A stretch of 46,637 nucleotides of DNA from a candidate division WOR-3 bacterium. GTDB taxonomy: Bacteria > Hydrothermota > Tepidihabitantia > Tepidihabitantales > CAIPLT01. The number at the start of each line of letters is the position of its first letter. Within the stretch, counting starts at the first letter, position 1. The notes below the pieces were generated by a model. It did no database searches. It saw nothing but the letters and a program-made list of their open reading frames with translations, and had not been told where the DNA came from. This document shows positions 35,681-45,900 of the stretch, piece by piece. The stretch is taken from NCBI GenBank assembly GCA_039801485.1, contig JBDRUR010000003.1:1-46637 (forward strand). The letters run 5' to 3'. Made by a program: the position numbers and the translations under genes.

Positions 35681-37222
35681 ATGACTGCTTGTATTTTAAT
35701 TCTTTATTTTATTTTTATATTAATTTTGAGTTTTTACTCAAGCCATTCCTATTTGATGATTTATTATTACCTAAAACAGAAGAAACAAGAAAAATCTGGT
35801 GCTGTGCCTGTTCGTCGGCGGTTAAAAAGTTTGAAAAATGCGCCGATGGTAACAATTCAATTGCCAATCTACAATGAAAAATATGTAGTTGAGCGATTAA
35901 TTAATTCTGTCTGTGAGATTGATTACCCCAAAGAGCGTTTAGAAATCCAGGTGCTTGATGATTCAAACGATGAAACCACTTTTATAGTAAACCGCTTGGT
36001 TAATAAATATTCGGAACAGGGATTTGATATCAAAGTTATTCACCGCAGTAATCGCAAGGGCTATAAGGCCGGCGCACTTCAAGAAGGATTAGCATCGGCT
36101 AAAGGTGAATTTATTGCGATTTTTGACGCCGACTTTATTGTGCCCAGAAGGTTTTTAAGGGTCACGCTTCCTTATTTTAAAAGTAAAGAAAAGGTTGCGG
36201 CGGTCCAGACTCGATGGGGACATATTAATAAAGACTACTCAATTTTAACTTTAGGACAAGCAGTTGCTTTAGACGGTCATTTTTGCATTGAGCAAAAACT
36301 GCGTGCCGATAATGGCTATTTTATAAATTTTAACGGTACCTGCGGAATATGGCGAAAACAAGCAATAATCGATGCTGGTGGCTGGCAAAGTGATACTTTG
36401 ACTGAAGATTTGGATTTGTCTTATCGGGCACAACTTAAAGGATGGAAGATTGTTTTTATAAAAGAGATGATTGTGCCCGGCGAGGTGCCGGTCGACTTTA
36501 ACGGATTTCGTTCCCAACAATATCGTTGGACAAAGGGCGCGTTCGAAACCGCCAGAAAATTATTAATCCCAGTAATGAAATCAAAGTTACCTTTCCGGGT
36601 AAAATATGAAGCATTTATTCATCTAACTAACAATATGGTCTTTATTATCCTTTTAGGCCTGATAATATTATCTTTTCCGGTTTTAGTTATTAAAGTTAAG
36701 TATCCCGATACTTTGCGTTGGTATTTTTTGCTTTTGTCAATGTTTACAATTGCAATATTCCCGTATCCAATTATCTATGCAATTACACAAAAAAATATCT
36801 ATAAAACTAAGAAAAAAAGACGACCGTTAGTTATCAAATTGCTCTATTCGTTGGTGCCGGTCTTGTTGATTGGTGGGTTTATGTCACTCAGTGTCTCTAA
36901 TAGCTGGGCAATTATTAAGGCAATGTTTAAAAAACCGACAGAGTTTACCCGAACACCTAAATTTCGAATTGTGTCCAAAAAAGATGAAATTCTTTCAAAA
37001 AAATATGTTGAAAAGATATCACCAATTTGTTTTGTTGAATTATTCTTTACTTTGTATCTAATAATAACTACTACCTATGCTGCATTAGAATCTCAATTTA
37101 CACTACTGCCATTTCTCATTTTATATACTTTGGGATTTGGCTATTTATCAATTGCTTCAATTTACCAGACCGCGATTAGTAGATTTGGTTTTGTTTATCA
37201 GATAGAAGAAGTCAAAAATTAA
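35681..37222 (+). CDS. Membrane GT2 glycosyltransferase (cellulose synthase-like, CslA-type)
   Basis: QLPIYNE, DDS, GYKAGAL, FDADF, TEDLDL, QQYRW and F.RTPK motifs; N- and C-terminal TM helices. Confidence 0.93.
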   Translation: MTACILILYFIFILILSFYSSHSYLMIYYYLKQKKQEKSGAVPVRRRLKSLKNAPMVTIQLPIYNEKYVVERLINSVCEIDYPKERLEIQVLDDSNDETTFIVNRLVNKYSEQGFDIKVIHRSNRKGYKAGALQEGLASAKGEFIAIFDADFIVPRRFLRVTLPYFKSKEKVAAVQTRWGHINKDYSILTLGQAVALDGHFCIEQKLRADNGYFINFNGTCGIWRKQAIIDAGGWQSDTLTEDLDLSYRAQLKGWKIVFIKEMIVPGEVPVDFNGFRSQQYRWTKGAFETARKLLIPVMKSKLPFRVKYEAFIHLTNNMVFIILLGLIILSFPVLVIKVKYPDTLRWYFLLLSMFTIAIFPYPIIYAITQKNIYKTKKKRRPLVIKLLYSLVPVLLIGGFMSLSVSNSWAIIKAMFKKPTEFTRTPKFRIVSKKDEILSKKYVEKISPICFVELFFTLYLIITTTYAALESQFTLLPFLILYTLGFGYLSIASIYQTAISRFGFVYQIEEVKN

Positions 37223-37239
37223 ACTACAACCTATATTTG

Positions 37240-37282
37240 TTGACCAAATATCTAATCTAATGTATAATTATTGTATAATTAT
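37240..37282 (+). promoter_or_regulatory. Promoter of porV-purA-hypB, with tandem TGTATAATTAT repeat
   Basis: TTGACC, 17 nt, TATAAT; the 11-mer TGTATAATTAT is duplicated at 37261 and 37272. Confidence 0.6.
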
Positions 37283-37339
37283 ATATACAAAACCAATTAA
37301 AAATAATTTTTATAAGTTTTAATTGGAGGCAAAATTATA

Positions 37340-38533
37340 ATGAGTAATATAAAAATGCATAGAAAAAGCAAAATCAGGTATCAATGGGTAGTAAAAGAAA
37401 AACTAAATAAGAAAACAATTAAACTTTTTACGAATATATTCATTTTTTTGTTTTTACTAAATACTGCATCGGCCGGTCAGTATCCCGGGGCAGTATTTTT
37501 AATGATTTGGCCCGGTTCTCGACCAACCGGTTTAGCCGGTGCCTTTTCTGCGATTGCTGATGATGCCAGTGCCACTTATTATAATCCTGGTGGTTTAGGG
37601 TTATTAAATAATTCTTATGCAACAATTATGCATTCACCGTGGTTACCCGGTCTTTATGCCGGTATGTCATATGATTTTTTAGCATTTGCCTACCGTTTGA
37701 AAAATCAAGGGACGGTCGCGGGCAATATCATCTACATAAATACTGGCGAAACTCAGGTTGTGAATGAACAGGGTCAAGAACTCGGCGAATATACCACTTT
37801 TGATTTTGCCATTTCCGGCAGTTATGGTTTTAAGGCAACGCAAAATGTTGGTATCGGTTTTTCTGCCAAATTTATTTATTCGTTCTTAGTACCGGATTGG
37901 GTTTGGCAGGCAATGCCGGAATTACAAATCACTACTGGTGGTACCGGAGTAAGTTGGGCATTTGATGCTGGTGTCTTATATAAACCGTGGCATTATTTAA
38001 GTGTCGGCACGTCAATCTCTAATATCGGACCGGGAATTTCTTATACTTCTACTGGTGAACCTGACCCATTACCAAGGATGCTTCGCATTGGCATAAAATA
38101 TACACCGCTTCACACTCAAACGGTTAATTTAAATATTACCCCGGAGATTACTAAAGTTTTAGTAGGAATGTTCTACGACGAAACCGGCACAAAGAGTTTC
38201 TGGCAGAAACTTAATTATGAAATTTGGGAAGCCTGGAAAAGCTTCGGTATTGAAGCAGAATTCTATAATCTAGTTATGTTAAGACTTGGTTATTTTGAAG
38301 ATATGTCCGGACAACGTGGCGGTATTTTAGTTAACCGGGGGAACACAACTGAACATATCACTTTGACCGATTATTTGTTTAGTAAAGACCGAGGAAAATT
38401 TGCTGGTAAAGTCGGATTAACATTTGGCATCGGCATTCAATTCAAGGGTTTCCAATTTGATGTTTCTAATGACCAACTGATTTATGATTTTGAAACAAAA
38501 AATTACAAATTCTCGCTAAGTTATCGATTCTAA
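37340..38533 (+). CDS. porV: PorV/PorQ-family outer-membrane beta-barrel (T9SS shuttle-like)
   Basis: FLMIWPGSR..GLAGAF.AIADDASATYYNPGGL; C-terminal FSLSYRF beta-signal. Confidence 0.88.
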   Translation: MSNIKMHRKSKIRYQWVVKEKLNKKTIKLFTNIFIFLFLLNTASAGQYPGAVFLMIWPGSRPTGLAGAFSAIADDASATYYNPGGLGLLNNSYATIMHSPWLPGLYAGMSYDFLAFAYRLKNQGTVAGNIIYINTGETQVVNEQGQELGEYTTFDFAISGSYGFKATQNVGIGFSAKFIYSFLVPDWVWQAMPELQITTGGTGVSWAFDAGVLYKPWHYLSVGTSISNIGPGISYTSTGEPDPLPRMLRIGIKYTPLHTQTVNLNITPEITKVLVGMFYDETGTKSFWQKLNYEIWEAWKSFGIEAEFYNLVMLRLGYFEDMSGQRGGILVNRGNTTEHITLTDYLFSKDRGKFAGKVGLTFGIGIQFKGFQFDVSNDQLIYDFETKNYKFSLSYRF

Positions 38534-38574
38534 TGATAACTATTCTTTTTTAATTTTCAACGAACACTAAACTT

Positions 38575-39858
38575 ATGCCAAGTTTAGCAATAATTGGATT
38601 GCAATGGGGTGACGAAGGCAAAGGTAAAATAATTGACTTCCTTTCACAAAAATTTGATATAATCGTTCGCTATCAGGGCGGACCGAACGCTGGTCATACG
38701 GTTTATTGGAATAAGTATCATTTTGTTTTTCATCAAGTCCCATCAGGGATAATAAATGAAAAAGCAGTTTGCGTCATTGGTCGCGGTTGCGTTGTTGACT
38801 TAAGTGTGCTTAAACAAGAGCTAAACCAACTACAGCAAGCTAATATAAACTTTCAAAAGCGACTTTTCATTGATGCTAAAGCACATTTAATTTTACCTTA
38901 TCATAAAGCGATTGATAGGTATCGGGAAGAAACCCTTGGTGGTAAAAAAATCGGAACGACGATTCGTGGTATTGGACCATGTTATGAAGATAAATACGCA
39001 CGAATTGGTATAAGATTTGGGGAATTGAATAATGAAGAAGTTTTTCGGGAAAAACTCAAGCGAAATCTCGCTCAAAAAAATTTTTTATTGATGGAACTAT
39101 ATAAAGCTGAGCCATTATCAGAAAAAGAAATTGTCGATGAATATCATGAGTTATCACTATTTTTCAAAGATATGATAATTGATTGTTCCGAATATCTAAA
39201 TGAATCTTATGAAAAGGGTAAAAAAATATTATTTGAAGGTGCTCAGGGTACTTTGTTAGATATTGACCATGGTACTTATCCTTTTGTAACATCTTCGTCG
39301 CCATCGGCCGGAGGCATTTGTACTGGCACCGGTATCAGTCCGAAACGCATTGACGAAATAATCGGCGTTGCCAAAGCCTATACTACCAGAGTAGGAATGG
39401 GGCCTTTTCCTACCGAACTATTTGATGATATTGGTAAGATACTTCAGAATCGAGGTGGAGAATTTGGTGCTACAACTGGGCGTCCACGACGATGTGGTTG
39501 GTTTGATGCGCCGTTGGTTAAATATACCGCCAAAATAAATGGTGTTAAGCAGATCGCTTTAACGAAATTAGATGTATTAGATGAATTAGATGAAATATTG
39601 ATAAATGTTAGCTATATTTATAAAAATAAAAGAACGACAAATTTTGACCCTGATCTATGTTCCGAGCTTCAGCCAGTATTTTTAAAAATGTCGGGATGGA
39701 AGCAATCGACAAAATCTGTTCGTCATTTTGATGAATTACCCAAACAAGCCAAGAAATATTTGGCAAAAATTGAAGAATTGACCGGTTGTCAGGTCACAAT
39801 TTTATCTATCGGAGAAAAAAGAGAAGAGACAATTGTCTCTTCAGAATTTAATTGGTAA
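38575..39858 (+). CDS. purA: Adenylosuccinate synthetase
   Basis: QWGDEGKGK, GGPNAGHT, EGAQG, TRVGMGPF and GATTGRPRRCGW motifs. Confidence 0.99.
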   Translation: MPSLAIIGLQWGDEGKGKIIDFLSQKFDIIVRYQGGPNAGHTVYWNKYHFVFHQVPSGIINEKAVCVIGRGCVVDLSVLKQELNQLQQANINFQKRLFIDAKAHLILPYHKAIDRYREETLGGKKIGTTIRGIGPCYEDKYARIGIRFGELNNEEVFREKLKRNLAQKNFLLMELYKAEPLSEKEIVDEYHELSLFFKDMIIDCSEYLNESYEKGKKILFEGAQGTLLDIDHGTYPFVTSSSPSAGGICTGTGISPKRIDEIIGVAKAYTTRVGMGPFPTELFDDIGKILQNRGGEFGATTGRPRRCGWFDAPLVKYTAKINGVKQIALTKLDVLDELDEILINVSYIYKNKRTTNFDPDLCSELQPVFLKMSGWKQSTKSVRHFDELPKQAKKYLAKIEELTGCQVTILSIGEKREETIVSSEFNW

Positions 39859-39864
39859 ATAAGT

Positions 39865-40572
39865 ATGCGCATCAAAATGTTAAATAAAGTTTTAGCGTCA
39901 AATGATGCTTTAGCTGAAGAATATCGAAAAAAATTTGACAAGGAAAAAGTCACGGCAATTAATATTATGTCAGCACCGGGTTCAGGAAAGACGGCATTAA
40001 TTGAAAAAACGGTTGCTTATTTTAAAAATAAAATAAAAATCTTTGTCGTCGAAGGCGATATTAAAGGTGATTTAGACGCGAAGCGGGTATTAAAAGCCGG
40101 GGGCAAAGTATTTCAAATAAATACTAACGGCGCTTGTCATCTTGACGCGTTTATGTTATCCCAGGTTTTTAATAAGTTGGATTTTAAAATGATTGATTTG
40201 CTGATTATTGAGAATGTTGGTAATCTAGTCTGTCCGGCAGAATTTAATCTAGGCGTTCATTATAATATAATGCTACTTTCGACTCCCGAAGGCGTTGATA
40301 AACCAATCAAATATCCCTTAATGTTTTCTAAAGCTGACTTGTTAATAATTAATAAAATTGATTTAATACCCTATGTCGATTTTGATTATCAAAAATTAGA
40401 AAAATCCCTAAAAATAATTAGACCGAAATTAGATATCATAAAAATTTCTTGTAAGACGGGCGAAGGGTTATTAGATTGGTATCAATGGTTAATTAATCAC
40501 ATCAATCATATCCCCTTATCTGCTAACCGTATTCACTTAAAAAAACGAAAAACAAACAGTGATTCCGCTTAG
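39865..40572 (+). CDS. hypB: Hydrogenase nickel-incorporation GTPase HypB
   Basis: APGSGKT, GACHLDA, ENVGNLVCPAEF, DKPIKYP and NKID motifs. Confidence 0.96.
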   Translation: MRIKMLNKVLASNDALAEEYRKKFDKEKVTAINIMSAPGSGKTALIEKTVAYFKNKIKIFVVEGDIKGDLDAKRVLKAGGKVFQINTNGACHLDAFMLSQVFNKLDFKMIDLLIIENVGNLVCPAEFNLGVHYNIMLLSTPEGVDKPIKYPLMFSKADLLIINKIDLIPYVDFDYQKLEKSLKIIRPKLDIIKISCKTGEGLLDWYQWLINHINHIPLSANRIHLKKRKTNSDSA

Positions 40573-41611
40573 TGTCATTCAGTTTTTTGCCAATTTAGCA
40601 CCGACTTTAGTTTTAATTTATATTCCGTTAATTGCTCAAAGTTTAAGCGCCAAATCATTTAAAGTCGGTTTAGTAGTCTCAATATATAATACGATGATTT
40701 TTCTGGCAGGGGCGATTTTTGGTAGATTATCAGATTTAAAAGGAAGAAAACGCTTTATCGTTTTAGGATTAGGTTTGTCGGCATTGGCTTTTTGGAGTCA
40801 TCTGTTGATTAAAAATTTAACCAGTTTATTTATTATTCGAGCATTTACTGGATTTTCTTTGGGTATTTTCCCAGCTGCGTTACTTACTTATGCATATGAG
40901 AAAAATAATATGCTCGGTAAGTTTACTTCAATAGGTTCATTAGGATGGGGGATAGGCTCAATCATTGCGGGCATCATTGCGGTCTATTATAAATTGTATC
41001 TGATTGCCGGTGCGCTTTTTTTTATTACCTTTCTGATTGCAATCATTGCATTAGAAAAAACAACACCTCAGATAAGACAAATGTTTTTTAATTTGACGGT
41101 TGTTAAACGCAACTGGCGAGTTTATTTGACATTTCTTATGCGCCACGCCGGTGCTTTTGGGATTTGGGCAATTTATCCGTTATATTTAGCAAATCTTGGT
41201 GCTAATAAATTCTGGATTGGCGTTATCTACAGTATTAATGCCTTCGGTCAATTTCTATTTATGCCTTACCTTGACCGATATAAGAGCAGTAGACTAATCA
41301 TTGTTGGACTTTATTTGTCAGCGCTGACGTTTATAATATTTGCTTTGTGTCGAAATTTCAAACAAATCCTGCCTTTTCAAATTTTACTTGCTTTATCTTG
41401 GTCGTGTTTATATTTAGGGACACTGAAATACTTAGTTGAGCATAATGAAGAGCGAGCCACAGCAGTTGGAATTTTTAATTCAATAATGAGTTTTTCAGGA
41501 ATCGTTGGACCATTATTTGGTGGCGTCATCGGTTCTTTGGGTTATCGGTCAGTAATGATTTCAGCCGCCGGATTAACGCTTTTAAGTATCTTTGTATTTC
41601 GCGGTAGATAA
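40559..41611 (+). CDS. MFS transporter
   Basis: GRLSDLKGRK motif A; multiple TM helices. Confidence 0.9.
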   Translation: MIPLSVIQFFANLAPTLVLIYIPLIAQSLSAKSFKVGLVVSIYNTMIFLAGAIFGRLSDLKGRKRFIVLGLGLSALAFWSHLLIKNLTSLFIIRAFTGFSLGIFPAALLTYAYEKNNMLGKFTSIGSLGWGIGSIIAGIIAVYYKLYLIAGALFFITFLIAIIALEKTTPQIRQMFFNLTVVKRNWRVYLTFLMRHAGAFGIWAIYPLYLANLGANKFWIGVIYSINAFGQFLFMPYLDRYKSSRLIIVGLYLSALTFIIFALCRNFKQILPFQILLALSWSCLYLGTLKYLVEHNEERATAVGIFNSIMSFSGIVGPLFGGVIGSLGYRSVMISAAGLTLLSIFVFRGR

Positions 41612-41632
41612 TTAATTATTAAAGTTAATATA

Positions 41633-42733
41633 TTAACTTTTTAGTATTTGTAAGGCAGTATTTATAGCTCCGTCAATGGGGAATTTATTAAATCCCCTTT
41701 CCGCCATTTTTGCTAACTTACCGGTTTCGCAAAGTTGTTGGATTATGCTGGCAAAATTTTTAGCGTCGTCATCTGTTTTGATTGGATAAGTAACGCCCAA
41801 TTCGTTCGCGAATTTGTAATTTTCGCTGGCATAGCTTCCGATCATCGGAAACAGACTAAACATCGGCATCCCCAAGCCAATTGCCCAATTAGTATGCTCG
41901 TGACTGGGAGCGACAAAGAAATCTAATACCGGCAATAATCGGTGAATTCGGTTTTGATATTCTTGTCGATTTTTCCCTTGAATAAATAAAATTGATGTTA
42001 GTAAAGTAGTGTTTCTTATTCGATTAAGTTTGGCAATAATTCTTTTGCCTTTTTGGGAATCGATTCCTAAAAAAACGATTGCGCGATGACCTTTATTAGT
42101 TATTGAAATAACACCGAGAATTAGTTTTTGAATGTGAGGTCGGGGATAAGCACCGGATATGAAAAAGCCAACAGTGAAAGTGCTTTTTGATTTAAGTCGG
42201 GTTAAGCGTTTTTGGTAATTTATTTCGGCATCGGTAATTAAGTCTGGCGAAAGAATCAAACCGCTCACATAAATTTGTTGGGGGTTAATACCAAAAGCAA
42301 TAAATTTTTCTTTACTTTCGTTGAGCGGCACAATAATTTTCCCAATATTTTTTAGTTGACACTCTCTGGGTACACCAATTTCACCATGAATGTACCAGAC
42401 ATTATCAAGATTGAGATAACGGGCTAAGAGATGATGAGCAACAACGATTTTATCATATTGGCCAGTTGAGATATTGCACAAAGGGACATTAGGTGTTAAA
42501 GGTTTTTGTCTTAATTTATTGTAAAAATCAGTAAATACACCGCCAAAAGCACCGAGATGATAAATTTGCTTAGAAATTTGCCAAAAGAGTTTAGTAATTC
42601 CCTTCTCATTAGTCAATGTATCCCAATAGTCAATTTTGATGCTCGGTTGTATTTGTTTTAATGCTTGAAGGACATAATCAAGATAATTAGGATGACCAAG
42701 ACCGATTTCAACATTTATTGCCAAAAGCTTCAT
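41633..42733 (-). CDS. Hypothetical protein, probable GT-B fold (UgtP/MurG-like)
   Basis: N-terminal strand followed by GLGH; C-terminal E..N and DGA...A pattern seen in GT-B enzymes; specific family not recognised. Confidence 0.55.
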   Translation of the reverse strand: MKLLAINVEIGLGHPNYLDYVLQALKQIQPSIKIDYWDTLTNEKGITKLFWQISKQIYHLGAFGGVFTDFYNKLRQKPLTPNVPLCNISTGQYDKIVVAHHLLARYLNLDNVWYIHGEIGVPRECQLKNIGKIIVPLNESKEKFIAFGINPQQIYVSGLILSPDLITDAEINYQKRLTRLKSKSTFTVGFFISGAYPRPHIQKLILGVISITNKGHRAIVFLGIDSQKGKRIIAKLNRIRNTTLLTSILFIQGKNRQEYQNRIHRLLPVLDFFVAPSHEHTNWAIGLGMPMFSLFPMIGSYASENYKFANELGVTYPIKTDDDAKNFASIIQQLCETGKLAKMAERGFNKFPIDGAINTALQILKS

Positions 42734-42982
42734 AATATTAGCTGATTTAATTGATTAATGCATATTATGTTATAAGACATATTTAATAGCCTAAATGTTG
42801 TTTATATAAATGTCAATTGTAAATTAATTGATTTATGATTGAGGGTAGTATTTGGTGACGGCAATTTAATGATACGTCATCATTTTAAACATCTCACACC
42901 ATAAACTAATAATAAGGCTAACGTAAACTTAGATAAAAGTTGGTTAAAATTAAACTATTATTTTATTTTTTAATTGCCAATC

Positions 42983-45900
42983 TTACTTTAGTAGTAACAT
43001 CTTTTTTGTAGTTTGAAATTCTTTGGTTTCCAATCGATAGAAATAGATTCCATTGGGACAGATATTCTGAGCATTATCATGACCATTCCAGATAACTGAA
43101 TATAAGCCGGGTTTCTGGAGACAATTGATAAGAACTACAATTTCTTCACCAGTGGCACTAAAAATAGTAACTTTAACCTTGGTAGCAATTGGGATTGAGT
43201 ATGTAATTTCAGTGATGTTGGAAAATGGATTTGGTCGATTGTGATATAAATAGAATATCGAAGGTGTTTTGATGTTCGTTAACTCTTCGATACCGGTTGT
43301 TTGAACTGTGAAACTCCAGACCGTTGACCAATTGCTTTGATTGTTGGCTCTGTCATATGCTTTTACTCGCCAGTAATAGGTGGTATCAGTGAGTTTTCTA
43401 AGTAGGGTTGTATCTACAACGGTAGTATCAAAGGCATTGGTGAAATTAGAGTTTTTGGCGATCTGGATTTGGTAATGTTTAATACCACTAACATTGTCAG
43501 TTGAGTGGTTCCAGTAAAAGCGGACAAGTGAGTCGTTAAGGATTGCGTTATTTGCTGGCGAGATAAGATTGGGCACACTTGGTGGGGTGTAATCAATACC
43601 AAAACTATCAGCACTGGAAAAGGCACCTTGGTTACCAGCCAAATCATATGCTCTGACTCGCCAGAAGTATTTTGCCTGAGTTAAAGTTAAGGTATCATAG
43701 AGATAACTGGTGGTATCAGTAATTGGATTGGTGAAGTTGCGGTTGGTGTCAACTTGTAAGATATAGTGGATTGGCGAAGTTAATTCAGATTCAGGTTTAT
43801 CTTTGTTAGTGATTGAAGTTAACTTGGCTATTAGTGGTAAGATTGCTTTATCGCCTTCGCTTCTCGCAATGACATCAATATTGTTATCACCAAATGTCAC
43901 TTGTGACCAGTTAAAGATGACATTGGTATTTGTTAACCAGATGCCGTTGATTGGTGATATTAAGACCGGTGCATTAGGTATTCTGGTATCGATTTCAAAA
44001 CTACGGGTTGTTGACCAATTGCTTTGATTGTTGGCTCTGTCATATGCTTTTACTCGCCAGTAATAGGTGGTATCAGTAAGTTTTCTAAGTAGGGTTGTGT
44101 CTACAACGGTAGTATCAAAGGCATTGGTGAAATTAGAGTTTTTGGCGATTTGGATTTGGTAATGCTTGATACCGCTAACATTGTCAGTTGAACGATTCCA
44201 GTAAAAACGGACAAACGAGTCATTAAGGATTGCATTATTTGCTGGTAAGACAAGATTAGGCACACTCGGTGGTGTGTAATCAATACCAAAACTATCAGCA
44301 CTTGAGAATACACCTTGATTACCAGCCAAATCATAAGCACGCACTCGCCAGAAGTATTTTGCCTGAGTTAAAGTTAAAGTGTCGTAAAGATAAGGAGTCG
44401 TATCAGTGATTGGATTAGTAAAGTTGCGGTTAGTATCAACTTGTAAGATATAGCGCACTGGCGAAGTAAATTCAGATTCAGGTTTACCTTTGTTAGTGAT
44501 TGAAGTTAACTTGGCTATCAGTGGTGAGATTGCTTTGTCGCTTACGCTTCTCGCAATGACATCAATATTGTTATCACCAAATGTCACTTGTGACCAGTTA
44601 AAGATGACATTGGTATTAGTTAACCAGACACCGTTGATTGGGGAGATTAAAACTGGTGCATTAGGAGCACGGGTATCGATTTCAAAACTCCATACGGATG
44701 ACCAATTACTCTGATTGCCAGCACTGTCAATTGCTTTTACTCGCCAGTAATAAGTTGTATCGATAAGTCTTGTTGGCACTTGATAAAAAGTATCATTGAT
44801 ATTGATTTGCACAGCGCCAATAAAACTTGGGTTCATTGCATATTGAAGTTGGTAATTAGCAATACCGTCTGATATGTAAAGAGCTATATGACCTTCAGCG
44901 CTGAAAATTGAGTTATTATTTTTCATATCAGGTAAGATAATGGTAAGTTGTGGGTTATTTTCTTTGTTGGTATCAGTAGATTTATGCCATCTAAAACAGG
45001 GCATACTATCACGAAGATAAGCGTTGTTTGCTGGCGCAATTAAGATTGGAATTGATGGTGCTTCTGAATCAATTGTAAAATCAGCGTCACTGGCATCTTG
45101 AGCAACCAGATTACCCAAGTTATCAAATATTGCAAGTTTTATTCGACAAGTTCTCAGATTGAGCATTGGCACTTGCCAATCATAAGTCGAATCAGTTGGT
45201 AAAAGATTATTGGCAATCGTGTCAGAATAAGTAGCACCACTATTGGTCGAAAACAATAAGACATATCGGGTGTAAATTTGTGGTGCTCGCCAACGAATTG
45301 TTTTGGTAGTTCCACCTGCCCAGATTTCACCACCATTAGGTGAAATGACTGTGGTTGCTGGTATTATCTCTGTTATAACAGACTTTCGGTCATTGGCGGG
45401 ATTTTGGTCACCCGAAAGATTGGTTCTGATTTTTACAGTGCATTGTTCTGGTATTGTTGGTATCCAAGAGCGAAAACTAACCCGAGTGGTTTCGCCAGCC
45501 GAAAGGGATGAAATGCGCAAGGTGTCAACATAACGGATAATATCAGTTAATAGGTTATCTTGAATATTGACTTTGGGATTATCTTTTAAATCATCTAATA
45601 TCTTGTCACTGCTAATACCCACAATCGAACAGATGACTTGGAAATTAGTTTGAGTAGTACTTCCGTAGTTTTTGACACGAGCAGTAGGAATCATCGGCGT
45701 ATTTACTGTATGTTGGGTTGAAGGATAGATTATCGCATCAATACCAACATCATTGGTGATTGCTTGACCAGTTAGTCGGACATTATCAATATTGATATTA
45801 TTACCATAACCAGAATAGCCAACTATGCCAAGCCAAAATGTGCCAGTAAAAGACCCGAGTGCAATTGAATGTTCTGCCCAAGCAGGCGGACCTGGTTGAT

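Larger units (their letters stand above)
43323..44696 (-). repeat. Tandem duplication, 687-bp unit (43323-44009 and 44010-44696), with partial diverged third copy to about 44762
   Basis: Offset of 687 nt confirmed at several anchors; each unit encodes 229 aa (two FN3-like domains). Confidence 0.95.

Noticed and set aside
43323-44696. Diversity-generating retroelement TR/VR pair
   Set aside because: Both copies are in-frame tandem domains, the differences I inspected are mostly synonymous rather than adenine-specific, and no reverse transcriptase is present.
310-45533. Numerous 60-210 aa ORFs overlapping larger genes (e.g. 2572-3030, 7619-8257, 32030-32446, 43803-44027)
   Set aside because: Antisense or alternate-frame shadows of well-supported genes, with no recognisable motifs.
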